This document shows, one piece after another, positions 21,101 through 28,864 of a stretch of DNA of 64,000 bases; positions within the stretch are counted from its first letter, which is position 1; each line of letters starts with the position of its first letter. This DNA comes from Treponemataceae bacterium. Its GTDB lineage: Bacteria > Spirochaetota > Spirochaetia > Treponematales > Rectinemataceae. Location of the stretch: assembly GCA_963667725.2 (NCBI GenBank), contig CAXXHO010000004.1:1-64000 (forward strand). Direction: 5' to 3'. The notes under the pieces are model-generated. The model made no database searches. It was not told where the DNA came from and worked only from the letters and a program-made list of their open reading frames with translations. The position numbers and the translations under genes are program-made.

Positions 21101-21520
21101 GATGATGAGGGAAGGATTGGAGCCGGGGTAGGATGCCGCGACTTTCTTCTCAATTTGCGCCTTGAGCTGGCGAAAGGTGAGCCCGCGGGACGCGAAGGCA
21201 CCCAGGAAGCCCGCATTGATCGAGCCATCGCCCTCAACCACCAGGTTGATGGTGTCCAGCTGCGCCACCTTGAGGTAGACGAGCGTGTAGACATCGCCCG
21301 GCGTGGCGGGATAGTCCTCGGTGGCCATGGCCAGGAGGGTTTGGGCGCTCTGATCGGGGAGCGCGACGCTGTTCGAGCCTTGCTTGTTGGCCACGGTTCC
21401 GGAGAAGGATCCAGGCATCGTCTGGGCGGCGCCAATGGCTTGCGTAGCCTGGCCAAAGGCAGCGCCAGCCCCCGACAGGATTAGACAGGACGCAACTATG
21501 ATGAACAGGATTTTTCTCAT
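15173..21520 (-). CDS. Giant SLBB-repeat polysaccharide export protein (Wza/KpsD-like), 2115 aa
   Basis: Signal peptide, Poly_export-like N-terminus (PGDVY), seven ~270-aa repeats each with YDLF..GD..DP.L.PGD and GEV.RPG.Y, C-terminal hydrophobic helix. Confidence 0.85.
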   Translation of the reverse strand: MRKILFIIVASCLILSGAGAAFGQATQAIGAAQTMPGSFSGTVANKQGSNSVALPDQSAQTLLAMATEDYPATPGDVYTLVYLKVAQLDTINLVVEGDGSINAGFLGAFASRGLTFRQLKAQIEKKVAASYPGSNPSLIIASTGLFPVTVRGEVKQAGIATAWGLSRLSEVIAPFAGEYSSLREVSVVSRDGASATYDLFKARRSGDLSRDPYLKPGDVVELKKADRTVAIEGQVRRVGAYQLLAGEGLPELVAFYGDGALDGAKTDRALLTRKATADKPEAESLVVDLGGKTFPVLADGDILRVPSREEYLPIVSIEGAVAGAELGVKREALQGGAEAVETQQYRVIRIPYRQGAMLSEALRGIRGQIDPRADLKRAFIAKAGGSGQVEVDLEKLLYRFDSKDDIALAADDKVVIPYGSQYVFVTGEVAKSAWVGVTGLTRLSEAVKPLATRFSSLRDVAVKSSDGALARYDLFLAERQGDLTQDPYLRPGDQVEVGKADRIVALEGEVRKPGSYQLLAGEGVAELVAKYGDGAVEGAKTDLAVLTRKATAALPGGESLVFDLAGSPLPALGDGDRVRVPSREEYLPVVYVQGAVAGAELGVKKDAQAGNAGAVVAEQYRVVRLAYRQGQLLSQALRGIRDQIDPRADLKRAFIVRKGQAAQVAVDLEKLLYRYAPADDVALAADDTIVIPYGSMYAFVSGEVGKSAWVGITGLTRLSEAVKPLLTKYSSLRDVAVRSEDGSSAAYDLFKAEREGDLSQDPYLRPGDVVEVKKAGRIVSLEGEVSRPGTYQLLPGEGLSELMNYYSDKPLASAKTDLSVLTRRATAEKPESESLVFDLAGKDLPALADGDRVRVPSREEYLPVIYVEGAVEKAEATAAAGAAKEPVPEAKYAEKRLLWRKGLLLSQALAPLAGNFPGEADLHAAVVMRAADKSVVKVDLDRLLFAHDASLDLALESDDRVMLPFKTQAVFIAGEVVKSGFAPVSGSQRLSEALKPFLLPTSSTRNIVVTSAEGIAHTYDLFKAERFGERAQDPLLRPGDSVAVAKAARIVVLSGEVNRPGAYELLAGEGLSELLSIQGGGLLEFAKRDRILLTRRASDGKPQGESLVLDAGASAAPALLDGDAVKVPSKEEFLPVVYVEGAVQKAEAAAVGTAGAAPAEPKYGEKRVMWRKGLLVSQTMAILMAGIPDQADYRSAMVVRAADTSVVKIDLERLLFAHDASLDLALEADDRVVLPFKVQAVFITGEVAKSGFAPVSGAQRLSEALKPFLLPSSSTRSVVVTSAEGVPAAYDLFRAERFGESAQDPLLRPGDSVAVAKATRVVNLAGEVNRPGTYELLPGEGLSELLSVQGAGLREFAKRDRILVTRRASDGKPSGESLVVDAGASGAQAADAPALLDGDTVTVPSREEFLPVVYVEGAMASGGYGIQRVLWREGLLVSQALKPIAASLPAAADLRRAKLVRAKDGAEVQLDLEKLLFAFDPALDSVLGAGDRIILPYGSRDVFVSGEAARSGWVQADGTLRLSQAIKAFLLPTSSTRAVALRSTDGKETVYDLFKAERFGQIAQDPVVAPGDAITLRRAGRVVVLEGEVFRPGIYELLPTEDFSALISVQGAGLRDTAQADRVQITRKASDTKTAGGIALVDALSKDSKAELFDGDKVRVPSMDEYLPVVYIEGAVTGEYSVQRVAWRDGMRVADLIRPLRDRIPATADLKKAFITKSSADVPVEVDLEKILYSYDPAYDPALEPEDRLVIPLGSMYVFVTGEVQKSVWVAITGLTRLRDIVSANLTRWSSTRDVAVKSRNGVEQRYDLFRAERYGDLTQDPFLRPGDVVTVNRLERLVTIGGEVRRPGTYQLLAGEGMKDLVERYADGFTEKANPTRIQVVRLLSAASAVGEKLQFDYKVAPDFSLNQYDSITVPAWQDLLPVAWFEGAIGVGTGGATLESAKRVAYTFFPGETVSEAAQAMRKNFSEVSDLSASYISRKGKRIAVDLSKYLYDRETLYDVALEANDVIVVPFRQFFVTVSGAVKLAGRYPYVPDRTWEYYVGLAGGFDSDKNSGDKVTIYDVASKKVVSKGRVIMPEDNIVADTNSFMYSLLKVTSVLSTAISLIALVISLLP

Positions 21521-22776
21521 CGCGATACACCTTTACCGGAACTCAGGGCCTTGAACTTGGCCACGACTTCGGGATCATTTTTCATTTTTTCGAAGGACTC
21601 GACCACGAAGGCGAGGAGGATGGAAAGGAAGAAGCCCGCCATGGCGGCGACGACGCAGATCATGCCGCGGGAGGGGCCGGATTTCTTGTCGGGGACCTCG
21701 GCCATCTCCAGCACCTGGAAGACGGGATCCTGGCCGGCGGCGTTGAGCTTGGCCAGCTCGTACTGCTGGGTGAGGATCTTGAAAAGCTCGGTCTGCACGA
21801 GGAGGTCGCGCTGGATCTTGGCGTACTCGAAGGCGATGGCTGGCAGCTCCTTCTGGCTGGGCATGACCCGGCTGCCCGAACCCTTGCCCGTTTCGATCTC
21901 CTTGATCTTGGCGAGGAGCCCATCGCGCTCGCTCTTGAGCTGGAGCATCTGGGGGTCGGCCACGCGGGAGATCTTCTCGTAGTTGGAGATCTCCATTTCC
22001 TTAAGGATGAGCTCGCTGCGCAGCCGGGCGATGATGGTGATCTGCTCGGTGGCCAGGGCCTCGACCTGCGTGACGCCGTACTTGGTCTGGAATTCCTTGA
22101 CCTTGACCTCGAGCTCCTTGACCGAGTTGTCCACCTCGGCGAGCTTTTTCTCAAGAAGTTCTTTTTGCTGCAGGGTCTTGTCGCCGCTCAGGGTGGCGAA
22201 GCGGGCTTCCAGGATGCTCACGGTTTCATCGACGACTTTCTTGGCGAGGACGGGGTCGATATCTGTGAACGAGACGGTGAAGAGGTTCGTCTTAACATCC
22301 AGCTTGGCGCTGAGGTTTTTCTGTATGCCCTTGCGAACGTCGGAGACTAAGGGCTTTTTCTTCTGATTCTTCTTTCTCGTCGAAAAGCCATATTTGGCAT
22401 CGAGGGCATCGAGGGTGGTGTTGCTGGTGGCGAGCACTTCAGCGAGGGCGCCGTTTGTGTTGCCGCCCACGCCTACGCCCGCCATTCCCGCCAGGCTGGA
22501 GAGGCCGGAGGCCGCCAGCGCCGCGGAGACGCCACTCGAAGAGCTGCTCGTCTGGATGACCATCGTCGCCTTGGGCGTGTAGACGTTCGGGAGATAGCTT
22601 TTATCGGGGGGGAGGACCAAGGAGCCAATCGCGTAGAGTAAGACGCCAACCACGGCAAGGGCGGTGACGCCTATGATGATCCTTTTGCGTTTCCAAAGCA
22701 CCGCAGCCAGATCGAGCAGGCTGATCTCATCGTCGTCCTGGTTTTCGGGAATTTTCACACTCTCATTTTCGGCCAT
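21517..22776 (-). CDS. Wzz/Wzc-N polysaccharide co-polymerase (no kinase domain)
   Basis: DDEISLLDL, two TM helices, coiled coil, PDKKSGPSR motif. Confidence 0.88.
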   Translation of the reverse strand: MAENESVKIPENQDDDEISLLDLAAVLWKRKRIIIGVTALAVVGVLLYAIGSLVLPPDKSYLPNVYTPKATMVIQTSSSSSGVSAALAASGLSSLAGMAGVGVGGNTNGALAEVLATSNTTLDALDAKYGFSTRKKNQKKKPLVSDVRKGIQKNLSAKLDVKTNLFTVSFTDIDPVLAKKVVDETVSILEARFATLSGDKTLQQKELLEKKLAEVDNSVKELEVKVKEFQTKYGVTQVEALATEQITIIARLRSELILKEMEISNYEKISRVADPQMLQLKSERDGLLAKIKEIETGKGSGSRVMPSQKELPAIAFEYAKIQRDLLVQTELFKILTQQYELAKLNAAGQDPVFQVLEMAEVPDKKSGPSRGMICVVAAMAGFFLSILLAFVVESFEKMKNDPEVVAKFKALSSGKGVSR

Positions 22777-22818
22777 AGATCCTCACAAGATTTTTTTTGG
22801 TACTGCTTCTTAGCGATC

Positions 22819-22902
22819 AGTTGAAATACGGGGTCAGACCCCATTTTATTACTTCTAAGCTATCACAGTTGAAAATCGGGGTCAGACCCCGTTCTGTTAC
22901 TT
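22819..22902. repeat. Two tandem palindrome copies (48-bp period)
   Basis: ggggtcagacccc cores at 22830-22842 and 22878-22890, each preceded by agttgaaa. Confidence 0.9.
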
Positions 22903-22907
22903 CATAT

Positions 22908-23948
22908 TTATACGCCCGTGCAGCCTGATAAACAGGTGGGAACAGGCGATTTTTGGCTCTTTTTGGTTAAATATTCATCCAGACAGTCGCGCCAGGGATG
23001 CTGGAAGAGAACCATGGAATGGGCGAGCTTTTGCGCGGAGAGGTGCTGATGAAGGGGCCGAGCCGCCCTGCCGGGGAAAGCCGAGGCGGGCTGGGCAACG
23101 ATCTCGACGGGGCGATCGATCAGCTTGTGGTCCAGGGCGAGGCGGACCACTTCGGCGGCGAACTCGGGCAGGGCGGCACGGCCCCAGTCAGCGTAGTGAT
23201 AGAGGCCGCCGGGAGTCGGGTGATAGCTCGACGGAACGCCAGGGTAGACTTTGCCATCTTCCCCCACCACTTCAGGAGGGATGCGCTCGGCGAGGGTCAT
23301 GTCGAAAACAACGCGGGCGAGAGATTCGCCGAAGGTGGGCGAGACGATTTCGTCGTCGGGGACCTGGACGAGGCCCGAGCCGCCCTTGGCGCCGGCGCGA
23401 AGGATGGACTCGATTAGGGTGTCAGCCTCGGTGGGGGGCGCGAGGGACGCGAGGAGCGCAGGGGGTGCTGGGGGCGCGAGGGGCGCAGGGGGCGCGCCGT
23501 AGAGCCAGCCTGTCCGGAGCACGATAGCCCAGGGATCGGCCGAAAGGATGGCGCGCTCGGTTTCCAGCTGGACGCGGCCGAGGGCGCCAATGGGCGCGGC
23601 GGGAGACTTTTCCGTGTAGTCCCGCGAGGCGAGGGAGCCGGAAAATACGCAGGCAGAGCCGATTGCGATGAAGCGGGCATGCTGTTTCTTGGCGACGCGC
23701 AGCAGCGCAAGCGGCTGAGCGAAAGGCAACGCAAGCGGCTGAACAAGCTCGGGTTCGAGGGGCATGCCGCAATAGAATATCTGGGAGAAAGGACCTTCTC
23801 GAGCGGCAAAGGTATCGAGAACGACAGGATAAGCAGGATCGAAATCGGTGCGGCTTTCCGCCACCGAAAGGCCGGCGGACTGGAAGAAGACTGAGATGGC
23901 CCGGCCTAGGGGCGTATGGGCGCCGGCGATCCAGACGCGCTTGATCAT
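22908..23948 (-). CDS. RmlD-like sugar nucleotide-binding protein with degenerate catalytic motifs
   Basis: VLRTGWLYG, VPDDEIVSPT, GLYHY, RAARP are RmlD-like; GxxGxxG and YxxxK are missing. Confidence 0.75.
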   Translation of the reverse strand: MIKRVWIAGAHTPLGRAISVFFQSAGLSVAESRTDFDPAYPVVLDTFAAREGPFSQIFYCGMPLEPELVQPLALPFAQPLALLRVAKKQHARFIAIGSACVFSGSLASRDYTEKSPAAPIGALGRVQLETERAILSADPWAIVLRTGWLYGAPPAPLAPPAPPALLASLAPPTEADTLIESILRAGAKGGSGLVQVPDDEIVSPTFGESLARVVFDMTLAERIPPEVVGEDGKVYPGVPSSYHPTPGGLYHYADWGRAALPEFAAEVVRLALDHKLIDRPVEIVAQPASAFPGRAARPLHQHLSAQKLAHSMVLFQHPWRDCLDEYLTKKSQKSPVPTCLSGCTGV

Positions 23949-25120
23949 ACGGGGTCAGACCTTAGGTTAAAAATTGGGGTCAGACCCCGGTTTTTAACGG
24001 CGTAGTTTTTCTCTATCCAGGTGCGGTATTCGCCGGAACGGACGTGGGAGCACCATTCCTGATTATCCAGATACCAACGGACCGTGGCGCGAAGGCCGGT
24101 GTCGAAACTGTGGCGGCGGTCCCAGCCGAGCTCGGTCTTGAGCTTGGAGCAGTCGATGGCGTAGCGACGGTCGTGGCCGGGGCGATCCTTGACGTAGGTG
24201 ATGAGGGCTTCGAGCGAGGCTGGGGCGCGGCCGCTTTCCTCCGCGACAAGGGCGATGAGGCGGCGCAGGAGGGTGATGTTCTCCCACTCATTCTCGCCGC
24301 CGATGTTGTAGGTTTCGCCGGCGCGGCCGCGGTTCATGATCGACCAGACCGCCTCGTTGTGGTCCTCGACATAGACCCAGTCGCGAATATTTTTACCGTC
24401 GCCGTAAACGGGGAGCGGCTTGCCTTCCAGCATATTGAGGATCATCAAGGGGATGAGCTTTTCCGGGAACTGGTAGGGGCCGTAGTTATTGGAGCAGTTC
24501 GAGACGGTGACCGGGAGGCCATAGGTATGGAAATAGGCCTTGGCGAGGTGGTCGCTCGAGGCTTTGGACGCCGAATAAGGCGAGCGGGGATCGTAGGGTG
24601 TGGATTCGGTGAAGTAGCCCGAGTCGCCCAGAGAGCCGAAGACCTCGTCCGTGCTGACGTGGTGGAAGAGGACGTCGGCGCGGATGCCGCCGGCTGGATT
24701 AGCCCAGGCTTTGCGGGCGACATCGAGGAGGGTGTAGGTGCCCAGGACGTTGGTGCGGATGAAGGCTTCGGGGCCGAGAATCGAGCGGTCGACGTGGCTT
24801 TCAGCGGCGAAGTGGACGACGGTGTCGATGGCATAGTCGGCGAAGACTTTCTCGACGAGGGCACGATCGGTGATGTCGCCCTTGACGAAGGCGTAGCGAA
24901 GGGCGGGGGCAGAGGCGGCGCCAGGGACGGCAGAGGCTGCGCCGGGGCTGCCGAAGCGCGCGGCGATGTCGGCGAGGCTCTCGGGGTTGCCGGCATAGGT
25001 GAGGGCGTCGAGGTTGATGATGCGGCCGGAAAAATCGGACCGGGCGAAGAGCCAGTGGATGAAGTTCGAGCCGATGAAGCCCGAGCCGCCGGTGACTAGG
25101 ATGGAGGACAATTTTCTCAT
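23945..25120 (-). CDS. rmlB: dTDP-glucose 4,6-dehydratase
   Basis: VTGGSGFIGSN, DALTYAGN, HFAAESHVDRS, HVSTDEV, YSASK, DRPGHDRRYAID. Confidence 0.95.
   Translation of the reverse strand: MRKLSSILVTGGSGFIGSNFIHWLFARSDFSGRIINLDALTYAGNPESLADIAARFGSPGAASAVPGAASAPALRYAFVKGDITDRALVEKVFADYAIDTVVHFAAESHVDRSILGPEAFIRTNVLGTYTLLDVARKAWANPAGGIRADVLFHHVSTDEVFGSLGDSGYFTESTPYDPRSPYSASKASSDHLAKAYFHTYGLPVTVSNCSNNYGPYQFPEKLIPLMILNMLEGKPLPVYGDGKNIRDWVYVEDHNEAVWSIMNRGRAGETYNIGGENEWENITLLRRLIALVAEESGRAPASLEALITYVKDRPGHDRRYAIDCSKLKTELGWDRRHSFDTGLRATVRWYLDNQEWCSHVRSGEYRTWIEKNYAVKNRGLTPIFNLRSDPV
23951..23998. repeat. Partial plus full palindrome copy inside the rmlB 3' end
   Basis: ggggtcagacc (23951-23961), then gttaaaaatt-ggggtcagacccc-ggtttttaac (core 23976-23988). 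Confidence 0.92.
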
Positions 25121-25132
25121 TGGGATTCCTTG

Positions 25133-25171
25133 AAAGTTGAAATTTGGGGTCAGACCCCGATTTTTAACTTT
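25133..25171. repeat. Palindrome copy containing the RAYT stop codon
   Basis: aaagttgaaattt-ggggtcagacccc-gatttttaacttt; core 25146-25158. Confidence 0.95.
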
Positions 25172-25899
25172 ATATGCTTAGAGATGGCAGCTGGAGTGAG
25201 ACCAAGGTAGCGGGCGATCTGCGATTGGCTGTAGCCATCGCGAAGGGCGCTTTTAATGGCTTCATCACGAGCTGCGCGCTTTGCGCCATCGCGCTTACGC
25301 GCTAAATTCGCTACAAGAAAGTGTTGTGAGAGCGATTTGCACATGGCGGGCCTCAAGGCGGCAAGGGCTTCAGATCCGGCTTCAGCTCCGGCAACTTCGG
25401 CCTGCGGCAGAAACTTTGTACTGAAGAATTCCGTAAGTTGGGCGATTTCATCATGACTTAGCGCGGGGTCTTTCGTTGCCGAACTCGCCCAAGGGTATTC
25501 ACCGATCCGCGATGTCATGCCTTTTTTAATGGGATTACGCTCGATATATTTTATAAGAACATTAAGGTACTTTTCATCGTGCACAAACCAGGATTTGAAG
25601 CGGCCCTGCCATAGGGAACCGACGCGCTCATATTTACGGTTGAAATATTGCGTATAGTCCTGATCCAGGCGCTTGAGCGCGAACGAAAGATTCTCAAACC
25701 GCGTTTCCAACAACAAATGATAATGATTCGGCATGAGGCAATAAGCGACGACATCGAAATCGAAGGCCGCTTTCTGCTCATCGACCAAGCTTAAGAATCG
25801 CTGACGATCGGGATCATCCAGAAAGATTAACCTTTTTTCTACGCCCCTATTGATGACATGATAGAGGCCGATCCGATTCGTTCGCGGCAATCGCGACAT
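25150..25899 (-). CDS. RAYT-like HUH/Y1 tyrosine transposase with C-terminal HTH
   Basis: YHVINRG..IF, YCLMPNHYHL (HUH), LWQGRF, KYIERNP (catalytic Tyr), YPWAS; C-terminal GYSQSQIARYLGL HTH. Confidence 0.9.
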   Translation of the reverse strand: MSRLPRTNRIGLYHVINRGVEKRLIFLDDPDRQRFLSLVDEQKAAFDFDVVAYCLMPNHYHLLLETRFENLSFALKRLDQDYTQYFNRKYERVGSLWQGRFKSWFVHDEKYLNVLIKYIERNPIKKGMTSRIGEYPWASSATKDPALSHDEIAQLTEFFSTKFLPQAEVAGAEAGSEALAALRPAMCKSLSQHFLVANLARKRDGAKRAARDEAIKSALRDGYSQSQIARYLGLTPAAISKHIKLKIGV

Positions 25900-25964
25900 G
25901 ACCAGGCACCTCCGCGTACGCTATCTATGCGCGCGAAGGGTTGAGAAGCGATTCAAAGGCCAGG

Positions 25965-26010
25965 GCAAAAAGTTAAAATTTGGGGTCAGACCCCGATTGT
26001 TAACTTTTGC
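25965..26010. repeat. Palindrome copy containing the AbiEii stop codon
   Basis: gcaaaaagttaaaattt-ggggtcagacccc-gattgttaacttttgc; core 25982-25994. Confidence 0.95.
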
Positions 26011-26849
26011 AGGGCATCGGCGAGAATGGCTTGGAGGTAGAACCAATAATCGTTGGAGAGAGCGGTTTCGACAATCGGCCCCGAGGGGAGGAATCGACGC
26101 ATCTCGTTCCGGAAGTCTTCCCGGATCGAAGTACCAGCACTGATACGCTTGATACGCGACGTGAGCAAATCTAAAAACTCTGACGACGTTCTGTGATGAT
26201 CGACTATTTTGCGGGCAATAAAATCGGCATTCAGCGCAACACCCTGGCGCTCGAGCCAGGCGATGTCCCATAGATCGCGATTCTTGATTCTATTCGGCCT
26301 GAAGGCCAAAGCGATGAACTTATCAGCGAGGATTTCCTTCCGGCTCTGCGCGCGAAGTATAAGTCCCGCGGTTCCCATATCGACACCGTATTGATTGCGG
26401 AGCATCATAGGCCGCGCATCGTAACTGGGAATGGCACAAATATCGATATTGATGTGCTGAGCTTTCAGGTCTTTGCGCTCCGGCCGCGTCTGGATTTTGA
26501 CTTTCCAGGTATCGACATTTCCGGTTTCCCTGACCGGTTCCGATACATCGACCGGCAATCCGTACTTCTCCTGAAGGCCATTTACCAGCGCTTTGGCCAA
26601 TTCCGCGAGCTGGGAGGCATTGAAGTCGGCCCCGCCCGTAAGATCGAGGTCTTCACTGAGCCGCTCCGAACCGTAACACGCCCTGAGGCAGGTGCCTCCC
26701 ATAAAGGTCAGGTGGACCAGCAGCCCCGCATCGCTCATCAATCGAAGGATGTCGTGATGAAGCAGCTCTTTTTCGACCACGGGACGAAGCACCGCGAGTT
26801 CGGGACTATTGCGGATCGCTACGTCGACGAAGGCGTCAAAGAGACTCAT
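25986..26849 (-). CDS. abiEii: AbiEii nucleotidyltransferase toxin (type IV TA)
   Basis: EKELLH, FMGGTCLR.CYGSERLSEDLD, ADK..A, RDLWD; likely start ATG 26849. Confidence 0.9.
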   Translation of the reverse strand: MSLFDAFVDVAIRNSPELAVLRPVVEKELLHHDILRLMSDAGLLVHLTFMGGTCLRACYGSERLSEDLDLTGGADFNASQLAELAKALVNGLQEKYGLPVDVSEPVRETGNVDTWKVKIQTRPERKDLKAQHINIDICAIPSYDARPMMLRNQYGVDMGTAGLILRAQSRKEILADKFIALAFRPNRIKNRDLWDIAWLERQGVALNADFIARKIVDHHRTSSEFLDLLTSRIKRISAGTSIREDFRNEMRRFLPSGPIVETALSNDYWFYLQAILADALQKLTIGV

Positions 26850-27408
26850 TACGCGCCTTTTCACAATTTGGGGTCAGACCCCGAATTTTAACCAGATCCA
26901 TGGAACGTTTGGCCGAGCGCATATCGGCGAGCGCAAGGGCCGTGGACGCGCGCCAAAGCCGACATGGGCCGTCCCAGGTGAGTTCGGGAGCGAGCCGGTC
27001 GGGAGTCTTGTTCGTGTGGATGAATTCGATCGTGCCGAAACCCTCGCATTCGATGCGCCCGGATCGCCCGGAACTCATCAGCGTGATCCAGGAAAACGGT
27101 ATTTGAGAAATGATGCCGGCATCGGAGAGCACCGTTTCCAGGCTCAGATAATTGAAACACTCGGCGCGCAGGCGAGCCGCGGCATGGAAGAGCACTTTAT
27201 CACGCGGGTAATCCACCTTTTCATAGAGATAGAGATTCCTGCAAAGACGCCTCAGGGATCCTGCTTTCGTTGCCCTGGAAACGAGGGTCTTGAAGGTATC
27301 ATAGGACGACTCGGGCAGAAGCGCATGGAGATCCCGCAGCGAGAAAAGGTAGCGCTCGCGGCCGGCGAGCCGCGCAAGCGTCTCTGCAAAGATTCTGGCT
27401 GGCTGCAT
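26836..27408 (-). CDS. abiEi: AbiEi antitoxin (type IV TA)
   Basis: YLSLETVLSDAGIISQIP, GTIEFIH motifs; directly upstream of AbiEii. Confidence 0.85.
   Translation of the reverse strand: MQPARIFAETLARLAGRERYLFSLRDLHALLPESSYDTFKTLVSRATKAGSLRRLCRNLYLYEKVDYPRDKVLFHAAARLRAECFNYLSLETVLSDAGIISQIPFSWITLMSSGRSGRIECEGFGTIEFIHTNKTPDRLAPELTWDGPCRLWRASTALALADMRSAKRSMDLVKIRGLTPNCEKARNESL
26859..26892. repeat. Palindrome copy between antitoxin and toxin
   Basis: tttcacaattt-ggggtcagacccc-gaattttaac; core 26870-26882. Confidence 0.92.
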
Positions 27409-27440
27409 TTCCGCTCCAATCGACTGCCGATAGGCGGCAA

Positions 27441-27457
27441 GTTACACTAAGTGTAAC
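27441..27457. promoter_or_regulatory. Probable AbiE operator
   Basis: gttacact-a-agtgtaac inverted repeat upstream of abiEi. Confidence 0.5.
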
Positions 27458-27480
27458 CTAATGTCGATCAAAATGCAAGA

Positions 27481-27503
27481 AAGTTAAAAATTGGGGTCAG
27501 ACC
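27481..27503. repeat. Left half of palindrome copy split by IS110
   Basis: aagttaaaaattggggtcagacc; right half ccccgagttttaactt at 28894-28909. Confidence 0.9.
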
Positions 27504-27519
27504 TCTATGAGAATCCCCG

Positions 27520-28620
27520 TCAAGCGATTTTTTGAGAAAATAGAATTCTCTCAAATTTCCGTTTCTTGATCGAGAATGTTCCTTCCTGAAGGAACCAGTT
27601 CGGCTCCTTGTTCTTCAGGATGTAGAATATCTGCCTGATCGTCCGGCCTACTACGGCCGCACGAATCTTGTTCTTGGACTTGCCCACGGCATGCTTCGTG
27701 TAACGGAGCAGGTTCGGGTTTCCGTCGACCAGGTGGGCGACGCTCTGCAGGAGGATCTCGAAGGCCATTTTTCGCCCAGCTTTGTTGAGCCTGCCGATAT
27801 GGATCGTGTTGTTTGACGCATCGACGCGTGGAGCCGCCCGGAGATAGCTCACCAGGTTCTTGCTCGTATGGAAACGGTCGATAGTGATGATATCCGCCAT
27901 AATGCAGACGGCACCAAACACGCTGATTCCGCTGACCCCTATCAGCAGGCCTACTTGTTCACTGTAGCGGATGACTCCTATCGATTCGATCATCGAGCGC
28001 AACTGAGCCTTGAACGCGTCCAGTTCCTCATACCGATGCTTTTCCTGGCGGGCGATTATCCCAACTTCAGGTGGCAGTCGTGGGTGTTCCAGGTAGCGCT
28101 CCAAACGTTCAATGAGGAAGCCTTTGTCAACCTGCACGAGCCACTGGCGAAACAATGCGTAGAGATTGTTCTTGAGGGCTGTCATGTCGGCGTTCACGCG
28201 TTGGTATTGGCTAATGAGCATCCGTAGCCGTTGCGTGTCCTCGTCGGCAACCGTGACTTCAGGAAAGCCGTCGTTGGGATCGTTGTTCTCAAGATGCTGC
28301 TTCAGACAATCAGCCAGCTTCTTCGCATCGATGCTGTCCGTCTTCTTCGCTGTCATGAAGATCTGCGGCATGCTTAAAGGATTCACGACGAAGGCCCGAG
28401 CGCCTGCCGCAACAATCATTCGTGCCAGCGTATGCGACCCTGAGCCAGCCTCCACGCAGACGGCGCAACCCGGGTGCAGCGATCCGATGAAGTGTGTTTC
28501 CATCTGCTCCATCGGGTACTGGCTTTTCCTTCGCTCTACTTCCCCTTTCTCGCCGATAATGATCCGGTGCACCGTGACTTGCGTGGAATGGAGATCAACA
28601 CCGATAAATTCCTTGTCCAT
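27520..28620 (-). CDS. IS110-family DEDD recombinase/transposase
   Basis: IGVDLHS, CVEAG, KTDSIDA RuvC-like DEDD; GVSGIS..A..I.DI..IDRF and PRVDAS C-terminal domain. Confidence 0.92.
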   Translation of the reverse strand: MDKEFIGVDLHSTQVTVHRIIIGEKGEVERRKSQYPMEQMETHFIGSLHPGCAVCVEAGSGSHTLARMIVAAGARAFVVNPLSMPQIFMTAKKTDSIDAKKLADCLKQHLENNDPNDGFPEVTVADEDTQRLRMLISQYQRVNADMTALKNNLYALFRQWLVQVDKGFLIERLERYLEHPRLPPEVGIIARQEKHRYEELDAFKAQLRSMIESIGVIRYSEQVGLLIGVSGISVFGAVCIMADIITIDRFHTSKNLVSYLRAAPRVDASNNTIHIGRLNKAGRKMAFEILLQSVAHLVDGNPNLLRYTKHAVGKSKNKIRAAVVGRTIRQIFYILKNKEPNWFLQEGTFSIKKRKFERILFSQKIA

Positions 28621-28654
28621 CGATCCTCCTTCCCTAAAGGTGGTGGTTTCGACA

Positions 28655-28800
28655 GAAATGGATCGGGCGAATCCCCAGTCCTCTATTCGGGTTTCCGTGC
28701 TTAACAGCGCGGCCCCATTAGATCGTCCGGTGAAGGCTGGCTAATCCCCGAACGGGCTTACGTTCGCGCGTATCCCAGTCTGACCCCCAGCCTTCATCTT
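28655..28800 (-). ncRNA. Putative bridge/seek RNA in the IS non-coding end
   Basis: Stem tgaaggctgg/ccagccttca encloses GGGGUCAGAC and UUCGGGG (both strands of the target); AUAGAGG matches the donor junction. Confidence 0.65.
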
Positions 28801-28864
28801 TTATCCGTCGATTCCGATTTCCTTATGATACCTCCACCGGGCAATACCGCAAGTCAGCGAATCT

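Noticed and set aside
28778..28787. gtctgacccc as another genomic palindrome copy
   Set aside because: It is only a half core without arms and lies inside the IS; better explained as a guide segment.
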